From: Eremomyces bilateralis CBS 781.70
Lineage: Eukaryota
Reading direction: 5' to 3' (one strand)
Length of the DNA: 64,000 nt
Assembly (NCBI GenBank): GCA_010015585.1
Contig: ML975158.1
Position 1 is the first letter of the stretch. The number at the start of each line of letters is the position of its first letter. Below, piece by piece: positions 1 through 12,633 of this stretch. The notes beneath the pieces were generated by a model. The model was not told the DNA's origin. It did no database searches and was given only the letters and a program-made list of their open reading frames with translations. The translations under genes were made by a program, and so were the position numbers.

Positions 1-333
1 ACGTGGCGTCTGGAGAGGAGGGTTAGTGGATTGGTGGACGGGAAGTTAGGGAAGGGAGAGGTACTCTTCACCGGGTTTCGGGGGTGTGAGGTGGGCGTGG
101 GAGCGGGTGGAAGAAGTGGTGAATGTTCTTCGGGCGGAACGCCATTGCGTGGAGGGTGTGGTTTGGGACGATGATGGGACTCTCCTGGCTCTTGAAGGCT
201 GTGTTATCCGTGTTGCGGATTGAATGGTGGAATACATGGAGCGGAAGTGTTGGAAGGCATAGTGTGGTGGATTCGGCGCCGCTCTTCTTAAACGCGTCGC
301 GGAGATATCGGGGACGATTCTTCGGATTGACAT
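1..333 (-). CDS. YAH1: Mitochondrial [2Fe-2S] ferredoxin (adrenodoxin-type), 5' part, runs off the window
   Basis: Arg/Ser-rich presequence ending ...RTFTTSSTRSHAHLTPPKPGEE, intron 64..10 (GTACCT..CTAAC..CAG), then RHV. HxHxxPPKPGEE is the typical start of mature fungal Yah1. Confidence 0.75.
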
Positions 334-977
334 GTTCAATTGTCACAAAACCCGATCGTGCTATAACCGTCCACAGCGGCAATCGTCGAGAAGATCCGAA
401 TGTGAGTGATGGTCCTGACGGATGTTAATAAATCTTCCTGTCAGTGACGATGTCGGAACTTTTCCAGCGCGGAAAGATTAGCCGCAGAGAGAGAGGGCTT
501 GGTCATCGTCTAAAGTTGCCGAGATTCCCGTGCATAGCTCCCCTCCCTTGACAGTTGACTCTCTCCATCAAGAGCAACGTCTTACACCATCTATTCCAAC
601 ATCTCCACTAACTACGGCTCTGTTACCTCAGGTCCTCTTGTCCTGACAAGTGCATGCTTCTAGGCATTCGTCCCCGCCTGAAAGCTCGTCCGTCTCTACT
701 TGATTTGATCGAGAACGGAAGGTCGCACCGTTCCAATCCCCCTAGTCCGGAGGCTACGAGGAGCTCGACCTTTGGGAGACCCGCTGAGCTTTTCGACGTT
801 GAATTCGCCATTGCAAGCGACGACCTCGAAGACCCGTTCGTCGAACTGCCGCCGTTGCCGGAGAGCCCTGTGAAGCCGGCCATCTCCCCTGGGATCCTTC
901 CTGATATTGTTGTGAACGGCTCGGAAGTTGAGAAAGACGTCATTGAAGAGCTGCCTAAACAGAAGGAATCGGTCAAG

Positions 978-3147
978 ATGGCACCAGTAGGTCTACACTC
1001 AAGCTTCAGAACCCGGATTATTGATGGCTGATGGGTACTGTAGGCAGCGAATACAGCAGATGAAGAATACGATGGTATGTTGAGATATGTCCTTGGTTGA
1101 GCTCAAGCTAATCCATTGAATAGGCTCCGTTTTCTCCGTCTCAGGGTACGAGAACAACATCGCCCTGATCCACACGTGCTAATGTTTCGTAGTCCTGTCA
1201 TCGTGGCGGAGAACATGATCGGTTGTTCTATGAACGAATTGGTATGCTACTTCCCTCAGATCCTTACACGCTCTTCTGCTGATTCCGTAGGTTCGTGTCG
1301 GCCACGAGAACCTGGTTGGAGAAGTCATTCGTATAGAAGCCGATAAAGCCACGATCCAAGTCTACGAAGAGACAGGTATGGTCGATTGCACATGGACATA
1401 ATCTACGGGTGCTGACAGGCGGTAGCCGGAGTCAAAGTTGGTGATCCTGTCATTGGCTCGGGCAAGCCCTTATCGGTCGAACTCGGACCGGGCCTCATGG
1501 AGACCATCTACGACGGTATCCAACGGCCCCTGAAGCACATTGCGGACGTGTCGAACTCCATCTACATTCCTCGCGGCATCGACATTCCTTCCCTCAACCG
1601 TGAGAAGAAGTGGGAGTTCACCCCCGGCCAGTTCAAAGTCGGTGACCACATCACCGGCGGCGACGTCTTCGGTACGGTCTTCGAAAACTCCTTGCTGAGC
1701 GAGCATAAGATTCTGCTTCCACCGCGCGCTCGTGGTACGATCACACGACTTGCTGGGCCGGGCAGCTATACTGTGGACGAGAAGATCCTGGAGTTGGAAT
1801 TTGACGGCAAGAGGACCGAATACAGCATGATGCATAGGTGGCCCGTTCGAGTTCCTCGACCTTCCAATGAGAAGTTGAGCTCGGATCAGCCCCTCATCGT
1901 CGGACAACGTGTGCTAGACGCCCTGTTCCCGAGTATCCAAGGCGGTACGGTCTGCATTCCCGGTGCCTTTGGATGCGGGAAGACCGTGATTAGCCAGAGT
2001 TTGTCCAAGTTCTCGAACAGTGACATTATCGTGTACGTCGGCTGTGGTGAGCGAGGAAACGAGATGGCTGAGGTCTTGATGGATTTCCCCGAAGTACGTA
2101 TTGCCTGGGACGTATGTGGACGTAAACTGACCCAACACAGCTTAGCATCGAGGTCAACGGAAAGAAAGAACCCATCATGAAGCGAACCACCCTCATCGCC
2201 AACACCTCCAACATGCCCGTGGCGGCACGTGAGGCCTCCATCTACACTGGTATCACCGTGGCAGAATACTTCCGTGATCAAGGCAAGGACGTCTCTATGA
2301 TGGCCGACTCCTCCTCCCGCTGGGCCGAAGCGCTGCGTGAAATCTCCGGTCGTCTCGGAGAGATGCCTGCCGATCAAGGCTTCCCCGCTTACCTTGGTGC
2401 CAAACTCGCGTCCTTCTACGAGCGTGCTGGTCGTGTGACGGCGCTTGGTTCTCCGGACCGGAAGGGCAGTGTCAGCATCGTCGGTGCCGTCAGCCCTCCC
2501 GGCGGTGACTTCTCCGATCCCGTTACCAGCTCCACCCTCGGCATTGTCCAGGTGTTCTGGGGGTTGGACAAAAAGCTGGCACAACGCAAGCACTTCCCCT
2601 CGGTCAACACTAGCCTAAGCTACACCAAATATACCACCGCACTCGATAAATACTACGCGGAACATAACCCCGACTTCCCCCGCCTGCGCGACCGCATCAA
2701 AGAACTCCTAACCACCTCTGAGGACCTGGACCAGGTCGTCCAGCTGGTCGGCAAGTCAGCGCTGGGCGACTCCGACAAGATCGCACTCGACGTGGCGACC
2801 TTGCTCAAGGAAGACTTCCTGCAGCAGAACGGCTACTCTGACTATGATCAGTTCTGCCCGCTCTGGAAGACCGAGTGGATGATGAAGAACATGATGGCGT
2901 TCCACGACGAGGCGCAGAAGGCCGTTCAGCAGGGCGTCAGCTGGGCTCGTACCCGGGAGGCGACCGCCGACATTCAGAGCCAGCTGCGGGCCATGAAGTT
3001 CGAGTTGCCTAGCGAGGGAGAGGAGAAGATTACCAAGAAGGTGAGATTTGACCTGGACCTTGTGAGATTCTCAGCTAATGTGACATGCAGTACGAGGAAC
3101 TTCTGCAAAGCATGATGGATAAGTTCGCGGCGGTGGTCGATGAGTAG
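978..3147 (+). CDS. VMA1: V-type H+-ATPase catalytic subunit A (multi-exon, no intein)
   Basis: Spliced [19 protein letters not shown].., P-loop [37 protein letters not shown] introns, stop TAG at 3145-3147. Confidence 0.97.
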
Positions 3148-3780
3148 GAGAGTGCAGCGGTTCTCGGGATTTGGGTCTCTTTTGTGAAGCATAGAATGAA
3201 TGGTTTGTCGGGGCTACCATAGTATGGATACCAATGGTCTTTCTTTCGTCAAGAATCCAGACACTGTACACAGCGACTGTAGTCTATCCCGTAATAGGTA
3301 GGGTACCTGGCCTGCCGTTCTTGCCAATTCTACATACTTTCAAAAATCAGCTCTGGGACTTTGTGACATGGCGATAGGATATATATATTATATATCCCTA
3401 TCCATATTATGAATCTCCTTACTTATTGACCCATATTCGATCTGATACATGTATCACATTATTCACACCAGACGTCAGCAGATTCAATGGTTTAGCCTGT
3501 TGCACCGCCTCAATTGGTGACGAAAAGCTCCACTGGTGCACGACCACCAGACAAAGGTGTGGCGCATATGTCTCGGTGGACGGGCAATGAACACGGGCAG
3601 CGATTCCTCCTGACAGCATCAACAACCTGATCACAACCCCCCGATTTCTTCGCATTTTCCACCGGACCATTTCTAGCTGCGAACTCTCCACCATTTGACC
3701 ACTTGTTTGACGTTTCGGCCTTCCATTTCTAAACTCCATCTGGATCGGAAGCACGCCCTTCGACGCTGCCCTTGCCAACC

Positions 3781-6301
3781 ATGGCGCAAATCAGTCCAAA
3801 TGCGTATGCCTAATCCCCGATACCCCCCCCAGACTTGAATTGACTGTGCTGGTTAGGATAAACGTCAACGATCCGACGTTGATCACGCTCGTCAATAAGC
3901 TGCAGGATGTGTTCACCACAGTTGGTGTATGTGCTTGCATTCGCCGAGACCCGGATGATCTGGCTGGATACTGATGCGTCATTTTTAGGTTCAAAACCCA
4001 ATAGACCTCCCACAGATTGTCGTCGTAGGATCGCAGTCGAGTGGCAAGAGCTCCGTGTTAGAGAACATAGTTGGGCGAGACTTGTATGTACACTCTTCCT
4101 TACTGTACTTCGGGTAGGTTGTCTAACTTCCACGTCTCCAGTTTACCACGAGGAACCGGCATCGTCACGCGACGACCGCTCCTCCTGCAACTCATCAACC
4201 GCCCCGCCACAAAACCTGAAATTAACGGCACCGGCCAAGGTCTCGCCCCCGATGGCCAGGCGCCCGCCGAGTCCAAGGCGATCAAGACGACCGACAAGGA
4301 GTCCAACGTCGACGAATGGGGCGAGTTCCTCCATATCCCCGGCCAGAAGTACCACGACTTCAACAAGATCCGCGAGGAGATCGTGCGCGAGACCGAGTCG
4401 AAGACGGGCCGCAATTCCGGCATCTCGCCCGCCCCGATCAACCTGCGCATCTACAGCCCGAACGTGCTGACGCTCACATTGGTGGATCTGCCCGGGTTGA
4501 CGAAGGTGCCGGTGGGCGATCAGCCGCGAGATATCGAGCGGCAGATCAGGGACATGGTGTTGAAGTATATCACCAAGTCGAACGCCATCATCCTCGCCGT
4601 GACGGCCGCCAACACGGATCTGGCGAACTCCGATGGGCTGAAACTGGCGCGGGAGGTCGATCCGGAGGGCCAGCGGACCATCGGTGTCCTTACCAAGGTG
4701 GATCTGATGGACGACGGCACGGATGTCGTCGACATTCTCGCGGGCAGGATCATCCCGCTTCGACTGGGATATGTTCCGGTGGTGAACAGAGGACAGCGTG
4801 ACATCGAGACGAAGCGACCGATCTCATACGCTTTGGAGCACGAAAAGAACTTCTTTGAGAATCACAAGGCATACCGGAACAAGAGCTCTTACTGTGGGAC
4901 CCCGTATCTGGCGCGGAAACTGAACCTGGTGAGTGTGGAAGTCGGCACAGAAGTAACCATACTAACCGATATAGATCCTCATGATGCACATCAAACAAAC
5001 CCTTCCCGAAATCAAGGCTCGGATCCAATCATCGCTATCGAAATATCGACAGGAGCTGGATCAGCTGGGCGACTCGCTCCTAGGGAATAGCTCCAACGTC
5101 GTGTTGAATATGATCACCGAATTCAGCAACGAGTACCGCACCGTCCTCGAAGGCAATAACCAGGAGCTTTCCTCCATCGAACTCTCCGGCGGCGCGCGTA
5201 TCTCGTTCGTGTTCCACGAACTGTATTCCAACGGCGTCAAGGCCGTCGATCCGTTCGACCAAGTCAAGGACATCGACATCCGCACTATCCTGGTCAACTC
5301 CTCCGGGTCCTCGCCCGCGCTCTTCGTCGGGACCACAGCGTTCGAGCTCATCGTGAAACAGCAGATCAAGCGACTGGAAGAGCCGAGTCTGAAGTGCGTC
5401 AGTCTCGTGTACGACGAGCTGATACGTATCCTTGGGGGGCTTCTCACCAAGCCCGCGTTTCGAAGGTATCCGGCGCTCAAGGAGAAGTTTCACCAGGTGG
5501 TAGTTTCATTTTTCAAGCGAGCGATGGATCCAACGAACAAACTGGTCAAGGACTTGGTCTCTATGGAGGCGTGCTACGTCAATACTGGTCATCCAGATTT
5601 TATCAACGGCACAAGAGTATGTATTCTCCCTTTACCCCTATTACCATTACATCGACCTTTACCTCGCACCCAGTGCAACCGCCTTTCTTAAATACCAACT
5701 ACATCATCTCTTGCACCATCTAACTAATATACCCAATAGGCCATGGCAATCGTGCATGAACGATACCACGCCGCCAAGCCCACCCAGGTCGACCCGAAGA
5801 CCGGCAAGCCGCTCCCACCCGCCGTTCCCCCGCGGTCCGCATCCCCGAGCATCGACGCAGATGCCAGCGGCTTCTTCGGCAGCTTCTTCGCCAGCAAGAA
5901 CAAGAAGCGGATGGCCGCGATGGAGCCGCCGCCACCGACGCTCAAAGCGAGCGGGACGTTGAGCGACAAGGAGACGCAGGAGGTCGAGGTGATCAGTACG
6001 TCATTGTCCACCGGAGCGTTGTGTGCCATGCTAACCAGATATCCTAGAACTGTTGATCACGTCGTACTTCGGCATTGTCCGCCGAACCATGATTGACATG
6101 GTCCCCAAAGCCATCATGCTCGCCCTCGTCGCCCTCTCAAAGGACGAGATGCAGCGAGAGCTGCTGGAGAACATGTACAAGACCGAGGAGCTAGACGAGC
6201 TACTCAAGGAGAGCGAGTACACGGTCCGCCGACGGAAGGAGTGCCAGCAGATGGTTGAGAGCTTGAAGAAGGCGAGCGAGATTGTGAATCAAGTGCAGTG
6301 A
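3781..6301 (+). CDS. VPS1: Dynamin-related GTPase Vps1 (multi-exon)
   Basis: [10 protein letters not shown]1 [41 protein letters not shown]-terminal GED ([19 protein letters not shown]). Confidence 0.95.
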
Positions 6302-6662
6302 GTAATGTAAGACAACCCGGGTGGCCCAAGCAGTTTCAATCCAGCGACGAAGAAGGCACGAGCGATGGCTTCTGGGGATGTGGACGTTCAGGCAAGGGGT
6401 GGCACGGAGAGACGAGGGCCGCATTAGATAGATTGACGTGTTTTGAAATTGTCCGAGTTTGGTATTCCTGGACTCCAGCGCGGGTTCCGGAGCGCGTTGC
6501 TTCGCAGATTCCCCGATCGCCATTTTGTATCTTCCGAATACTTCCATAGGTCTGTTAAACTCCCGCAGAATGAAGCAGGGTTTACGCCAAATATGCTATT
6601 TAAGTCTCCCCCGACCTTCCACCCACTTTTGCGAAACGCACACGCCCTCAAGTAGCCCAACC

Positions 6663-7505
6663 TTACGTATCCCCCACCCGCCGTGCTTCCAACTTCTCCA
6701 CCCTCCCTAACGGCACCCTCCCCCCATCCACCTGCTCCATCACCTCCCTTACCACCCTCCCCACCTCCCCCCCCACGGCCTCCACGCTCCCCCCAGCATC
6801 CACCCACACCATCTCCTCCCCCCAACTCATCCCCGCTAACCCCTTAAATCCCGCCCGCACCCGCTCCTGCATCTCCCGCCGCTCGTACCGCTCCCCTCCG
6901 TACCCGCCGCGCGCCTGCGCCTCTGCGGTGGAGAGGTCGAGGAAGAGGCAGAGGTCTGGGCGGGGGAGGCCGATGTCCGGGGCGGCGGCCCAGGAGAGGG
7001 GGAGGGAGGGGTTAAGCTTAGCGGCGGAGTAGACGGCGCCGCTGTAGATATAGCGGTCGATGACGATGGTGGTGCCGGAGGTGATTAGGCGCTCGATGGC
7101 GTCGCTGGAACGGAGTTAGTTTATGGATTTGATACTAGTGGATTATGGAGATTTGGAGGCGGACGCACGCGAACTCCCATCGGTTCGCGGAAAATAGGAG
7201 GTGGATAACGTGATCATGCTGTTCCGCCGCGCCGGAGAGATATTGATTGATCAATTGGCCAGTGGCTGTTTCTCGGTCTATTTGACGTTAATCTTCCATC
7301 CTGTTTGTAACTAAGATGGAAACGTACTTGGAAACCGCATATGTGTTACCCGGTCCTCGCCAATCTCTTCTTTGAGGCTCTTCACCAACATCTCCGCCTG
7401 CGTGGACTTCCCTGCTCGGTCGAGTCCCTCGATGACAATGAGCTTGCCTCGTGTCCCCGTAGGGTTCACGAGCTCCTTCTCCTTCTGTTTCGCCATCTCC
7501 GCCAT
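6663..7505 (-). CDS. CDC8: Thymidylate kinase (3 exons)
   Basis: RGKLIVIEGLDRAGKSTQ P-loop, RFP|DR across intron 1, HLLFSANRWE, DRYIYSGAVYSAAK, PRPDLCLFLD, GYGGERYE. Confidence 0.93.
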
Positions 7506-7838
7506 GATTCGGTGGAGTTCTTGTCGTTGCTTGTTAAGGACTAGTTTTTTTACTTGTGGCACGCCATCGAGTAGATATTGGGGTTTGGCAGGGAGGGGTT
7601 GGTGGACGACATGCTCGTACTCCTAAACTCCGGCCGGCACCAATATTTGCTCGACGGGTGAGGTGACGATCGTTGGCAAACGTAAACGAACTTCATGGTT
7701 TCGTATTTATATTCAGTAAATTCCCTCGTTGTAATACGACGGTCGGACAGGAAACTACAATAGGGGATTCCGCACTTTCAATTAACATCAATATAACAGT
7801 AAGGAAACTTCATTTTGGAAGAATACACCTATTCGAAT

Positions 7839-8339
7839 TAGGGCTGGACACGAATATTCGACTATTCGTATTCGTACGAATATTCGTAGTCGAATACGAA
7901 TAAAATTTAGAATTTCCGCTTACTAATATTCGTACGAATAATATTCGCATTATTCGTAATTATTCGTAATTATTCGTAATTATTCGTCCATCTCTGAAGC
8001 TATTTCCATGTATCTCGCATCGGAGAGATGGTCGACAGAGAGCTTTGAGCTGGGGTCACTTGGCTTGCTGAATCGTCAGGAGTGATCAATTCGACGCTAT
8101 TGATATGCTTTGTATCTCTTAGAGCTCAAATCCTCCACATCGTGTTCGGGTAAACAAAAGTCGCGACTGCTGGGCATTCACTCATTGGCTCGGCTTTTGC
8201 CGAATAAGTCTTGGCATTATTTACGAATATTCGCGAATAATACGAATAAAACGTCTCAAAACTTAGTCGAATACGAATAATCGTTCAAGAGGAAAAGTCG
8301 AATACGAATAGCCAAAATCCTTATTCGTGTCCAGCCCTA
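7839..8339. mobile_element. Non-autonomous hAT-type element (MITE), 501 bp
   Basis: Perfect 18-bp TIR TAGGGCTGGACACGAATA (7839-7856 and 8322-8339), 8-bp TSD ATTCGAAT (7831-7838 and 8340-8347), many subterminal TATTCG/CGAATA motifs. Confidence 0.92.
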
Positions 8340-8417
8340 ATTCGAATACAAGACGCTCATCTTTTTAATCCCTCTCATATAAAGTGTACACTGGAAGATG
8401 CCTTCCATACAACCCAA

Positions 8418-9805
8418 CTAGTACTCCGCAACCCAGACCGCCGCCATCCCCATCCCCGTCCCAACACACATGCTCGTCACCCCAATTCGCTCCCCCCTCC
8501 TCTTCAACCCATACAACAGCGTACTCACCTGCCTCGCCCCCGTGCACCCCAGCGGATGTCCAAACGCAATTGCGCCCCCCTGCGGATTCACCTTCGTCAC
8601 ATCCAGCCCCAACTCGTTCGTGCACCACAGACACTGGCTCGCGAACGCCTCGTTGATCTCGTACACATCCACCTCGTCCTTTGAGATCCCCGCCTTCCCC
8701 AGCGCCACGGGGATCGCCTTCCACGGCCCCACTCCCATCAGCAGCGGCTCCACGCCGACCACCGACGAGCACACGTACTTGCCCATGATCGTCTGCCCGA
8801 GGCGCTCGGCGGTCGACCGCTTCATCAGAAGCACCGCCGCCGCGCCGTCCGACACCTGCGAGGCGTTGCCAGCGTGGATGCTGCCGTCCTTCGCGAAGGC
8901 CGGGCGGATCTTGGCGAGCCCTTCGGCGGTCATGCCTGGGCGGATGCCGTCATCTTGGGCGACGAGGAGGTCCTTGACCTCCTCAGTCTTGGGGTCCTCC
9001 CACTTGACGGTCAGGGGGACGATCTCGTCTTTGAAGAGGCCGGATTTGGTGGCGGCTTCGGCCTTCTGGAAGGAGGAGGCGGCGAAGGCGTCTTGGTCTT
9101 TGCGGGGGATGTTACGGTCTTTGGCCATCTTCTCGGAAAGGAGGCCCATGGGGACTTTGCAGTTCTTAGCTTCGGGGTAGGAGTTGAGGAGGTCGGAAAA
9201 TTCGGAGACGGCGCCGGGGCTATGGTCGTGTTAATCTTGACTTGACTTTGTGGGTGGTTGCACGGGAGAATTCGAACGTACCCGTAGTTCTGGCTCATGC
9301 TCTCCACACCGGCACCCACGCCAACCTCGATCATCCCGCCTCGGATTGCGTTCGCGATATCTGCCACCGCCATCAACCCAGAGCTACATTGCCGATTCAG
9401 GCTCTTCACAGCTGAGCTGACCGGGAACCCCGCGGCCAACGCGGCGGCGCGGAACTCGGTGGCACCACCACCGGGGGCTAGGACATTCCCCACCGCAATG
9501 TCCTCGACGAGGGCCGGATCGATCCTGGAGCGCTCGAGCAGGCCCTTGAAGGCGCCGACGAGCAGATCAGCGCCGGCAGTGTCTTTGAAGCCGCCCTTGC
9601 CGCCGCGGGTGATGGCGGTGCGGACGGCGGAGGTGACGACGATGTCGTCGGGGCGTTTTTCGAGGAGGGCGGATTTGCCGCTGCCACTGACGTGGTTGCT
9701 GACTTGGGAGAGCCGCTCTTGGGCTGTGGGAGGTTGTTAGTCTGTAGAACTCTGGGGGCGAGATTATGACGTACCTTTGAAGTTGGTGCCGGCTTGGTTG
9801 GCCAT
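8418..9805 (-). CDS. POT1: Peroxisomal 3-ketoacyl-CoA thiolase (3 exons)
   Basis: NRQCSSGL, GVESMS, NEAFA, GHPLGCTG, SMCVGTGMG motifs; PTS2-like RLSQVSNHV near the N-terminus. Confidence 0.95.
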
Positions 9806-10012
9806 TGTGTCTGGTATCAAAGAGATGGAGGATGTGTAGGATTCTATGATTTGCTTGGAGGAGAATACCGAGTAGGACAAAGGGTTACAGACGGGATGGA
9901 ATGGTATATGAAGGAAAAAGATGCTCCGTGTTCAGTACTCCATGTCAATACTATACCAGCAGACCCTCCGACTCGCCAATCTTCCAGACAAAGTGATATG
10001 CCTTACAAGCGG

Positions 10013-10018
10013 CCTCGG
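10013..10018. promoter_or_regulatory. Possible FarA/CTF1-type fatty-acid response element CCTCGG
   Basis: CCTCGG about 210 bp upstream of the POT1 ATG. This hexamer is the known FarA/FarB site upstream of beta-oxidation genes, but it is short and could be chance. Confidence 0.4.
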
Positions 10019-10565
10019 TACTACTCCATTTGGAATAGCGCACCGAAGCATCGATTTGACTGATCCACTTCACATGTTAAACGATGACGATCAAATCGAA
10101 GGAAATCAGAGGATGGCTAGTGGTCACATGTAGAATCGCGGATCGAATGGCGAAGCATTGAATTCATCTGGTGTGGACTGCTGACCATTTGTACGCCACC
10201 ATATTCACGATCTCATGTTCCCATGATAGCCATGATTACTATTGTCTCACGTTGGACCATTATTCATTGTTAGAATTGCACATGTCGCATGAACGATACC
10301 TAGGAGCCGATATTCTCTTCGTCTAGGGCGATTGGTAAACTCCCCCAGGTCCTCCGATGGCGCTTTTGCCCTCTTTGGCTCCTCGACCGAAGAGAGCCCC
10401 CATTGATGCCACATTTACGGATAAGTAATACAGATGCTCTCTACCCTCTGACATTAAAATCCCCAAGATCTTTTAACTTAGTTTTGAGGAAAAACACGGC
10501 AAACAATGCCCACACATGTCGCTAGGTGCCGGTAAGTCAGTATTCAGAAGAACCCCCCTAAATCT

Positions 10566-11549
10566 TCATGCCACCCGTAACCTCCTCTCCAACTCTTCCG
10601 CAACACTCCCCCGCTGCACCTCCTCGTACCCCGGCGGCGGGTCCGCCGGCACGTCTCTTGGCTCCCCATCCGGCGGCTCCGCCGCCCCATTCGCCTCCGG
10701 CGACTCCCCCAGCCCGCTATCCCTATCCCGCTGTCCCCCGCTCGTCACTGGCGGCGGCGCCGCCCTCGAAGCACCGCTCTGCTCGTACGCCGGCAGCTGA
10801 TCCAAATGCACGTTCCCCCAATCCAACGCGCCCAGCGCGCCCGCCCCAGCCGCCCCGCCCTCCTCCACGCCGTCGCCGGCCACCGTCCCGCTCTCACGCG
10901 CGACCTCGACGGCCTGCTGCAGGCGCTCCTTGATGCGCTCAAAGGTGGAGTGGAAGTCGAAGGCGCCGCCGTCCTTGAAGGTCAGCTTGAGCTCGAGGGC
11001 GAGGTGCGCAGCGGGGAGGCCGCCGCCGGGGACGGGTTGGACGATGGCGCTCCAGACGTTGGGGCCGAAGAAGGGGGCAGCGACGTGGGTGTCGTGGATA
11101 TTGAGGATGGGGGCGGCGAAGGAGCGGAAGGCGGAGGTGGGTTGGGTGGGGAGGTAGACGATCTTTGGAGGGGGTTAGCAGGGCGCTTGTTGCGGTTCGA
11201 TAGCGGGGGTAGAGCGGCTTACTCGGCGGTTGGTGACGTGCACGCACCCACTGCTGCAATATAGCGAGTACTTTTCTCGGCCAGGGGCGGTGTTATGTGA
11301 CGATATTGATAGGGTTGTTCGAGGTGGTGAGTTATAGAGTCGTTGTTCACCGGGTAAGGACGTGAAGCCCTCGCTCTGTGAGAGCATCACCCAACTATCA
11401 GGAGAGTGGTTCCGCCTTAGCATCTTCGGACGAGGCATGGCGACGAGAAGGACAGAAGGATGAAAATGCACGGATAAATTGACAGGTCTCGTAACAACAA
11501 TGTAGACCCGTGTATCGCAATGACGGAGATAGACTCACTTTATAGACAT
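10566..11549 (-). CDS. WW-domain-binding protein 2 (WBP2)-like protein (3 exons)
   Basis: Spliced MSIN|WVML start, GCVHVTNRR|IVYLP, APFFGPNVW, LTFKDGGAFDF, C-terminal LPAY and PPPGY motifs. Confidence 0.85.
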
Positions 11550-12204
11550 GTTGTTGGATAGCGGGGCTCGGCCCGTGAATCACGCAGCGCAATCAATGCC
11601 TCTTTATCGGCGTCTGTCGCGGTTCTCTCACGCCCGGATCGTGTACCCCTCCGTCCTATCCGTGGGTCTAGGGCTTCGCTTGCGGGAATGGAGGAGGTGG
11701 AGGATGGTGGCGTGCGGAACCGGTGCGTGCGTGCGGCGAGGTAATAACTGACACGTATGGAGTAGGAGGGGGTATAATAGTGCGTGCACGTGGACGTCAC
11801 CACGCTTCGGACGATGCGACGGATTAGAATCAGGGGAGATATTTAAGCGGAGGGTTGGAATTGAAGATCGACAAGTACCTTGAAGGATTTGGAGATTGGT
11901 GGCGTAGGCTGAAGAGTTAAGGTATTCAGCGATGTGGGAGACGTGTGTTGCGCAATGAATCCACTGCTAATGCGGGGCATGGATCTATCAAAATCGGGCC
12001 CCGTTTCCCCCCACGCCGATCAAATTGCACAGGAGTCAGTCAAGACAGTCGGAACAGTAGTCCCCCATATAATCAATTTTCATACCGAATAATAATCCCA
12101 TTCCTATCAATCAATCCAATCATTGTCCCTCCGACATTGCAGTACGTTCCAAAGTCATCAACCCGTCATTTTGTCTCTCCTTGTCCATAGCCTCCGTCCC
12201 CCAT

Positions 12205-12633
12205 TCAGGAATAAACATCCTCGCACAAGCTCATCTTTCGAACGATATGCGTCCCACTCTGCCCCGGACAATTATTCGGACACTCAATATCCTCATTCCC
12301 ATACGACCCAAAGCAATCCAACGCCTTGACCCCATCGTCAAACACCTCACTCGGCGGCCCCGGATCTGGCCGTGCCGGGGCGCATCCCGTGAACTCGATG
12401 CCCTGGTGTCCGAGGATCGTCATGTCCTTCCAGCAGAGGAGCGACCCCGGCCCCGTCGACGGCCCGCCGATCGTGCCCTCGGAGCACGGGGGGGAGTCCG
12501 TGAACCAGACGTACCAGTCCCAGGGATGGGAGGCGGGGTCGCAGGAGGTGCGGCGGCCAACCCAGATGTTTTGGAGGGCGAGGGCGGGCGTGAGGAGGGA
12601 AAGGAGGGGGATGAGAAGGGTGGTGGTCCGCAT
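12205..12633 (-). CDS. Small secreted cysteine-rich protein (142 aa, 8 Cys), effector-like
   Basis: ATG-initiated ORF with signal peptide MRTTTLLIPLLSLLTPALA and 8 Cys; no family recognised. Confidence 0.75.
   Translation of the reverse strand: MRTTTLLIPLLSLLTPALALQNIWVGRRTSCDPASHPWDWYVWFTDSPPCSEGTIGGPSTGPGSLLCWKDMTILGHQGIEFTGCAPARPDPGPPSEVFDDGVKALDCFGSYGNEDIECPNNCPGQSGTHIVRKMSLCEDVYS

Noticed and set aside
2029..2066. VMA1 intein (VDE/PI-SceI) insertion site
   Set aside because: The sequence reads continuously [13 protein letters not shown], so the site is empty.
7851..7990. CRISPR-like or satellite array of TATTCG repeats
   Set aside because: No unique spacers and a eukaryotic context; explained as subterminal repeats of the hAT MITE.
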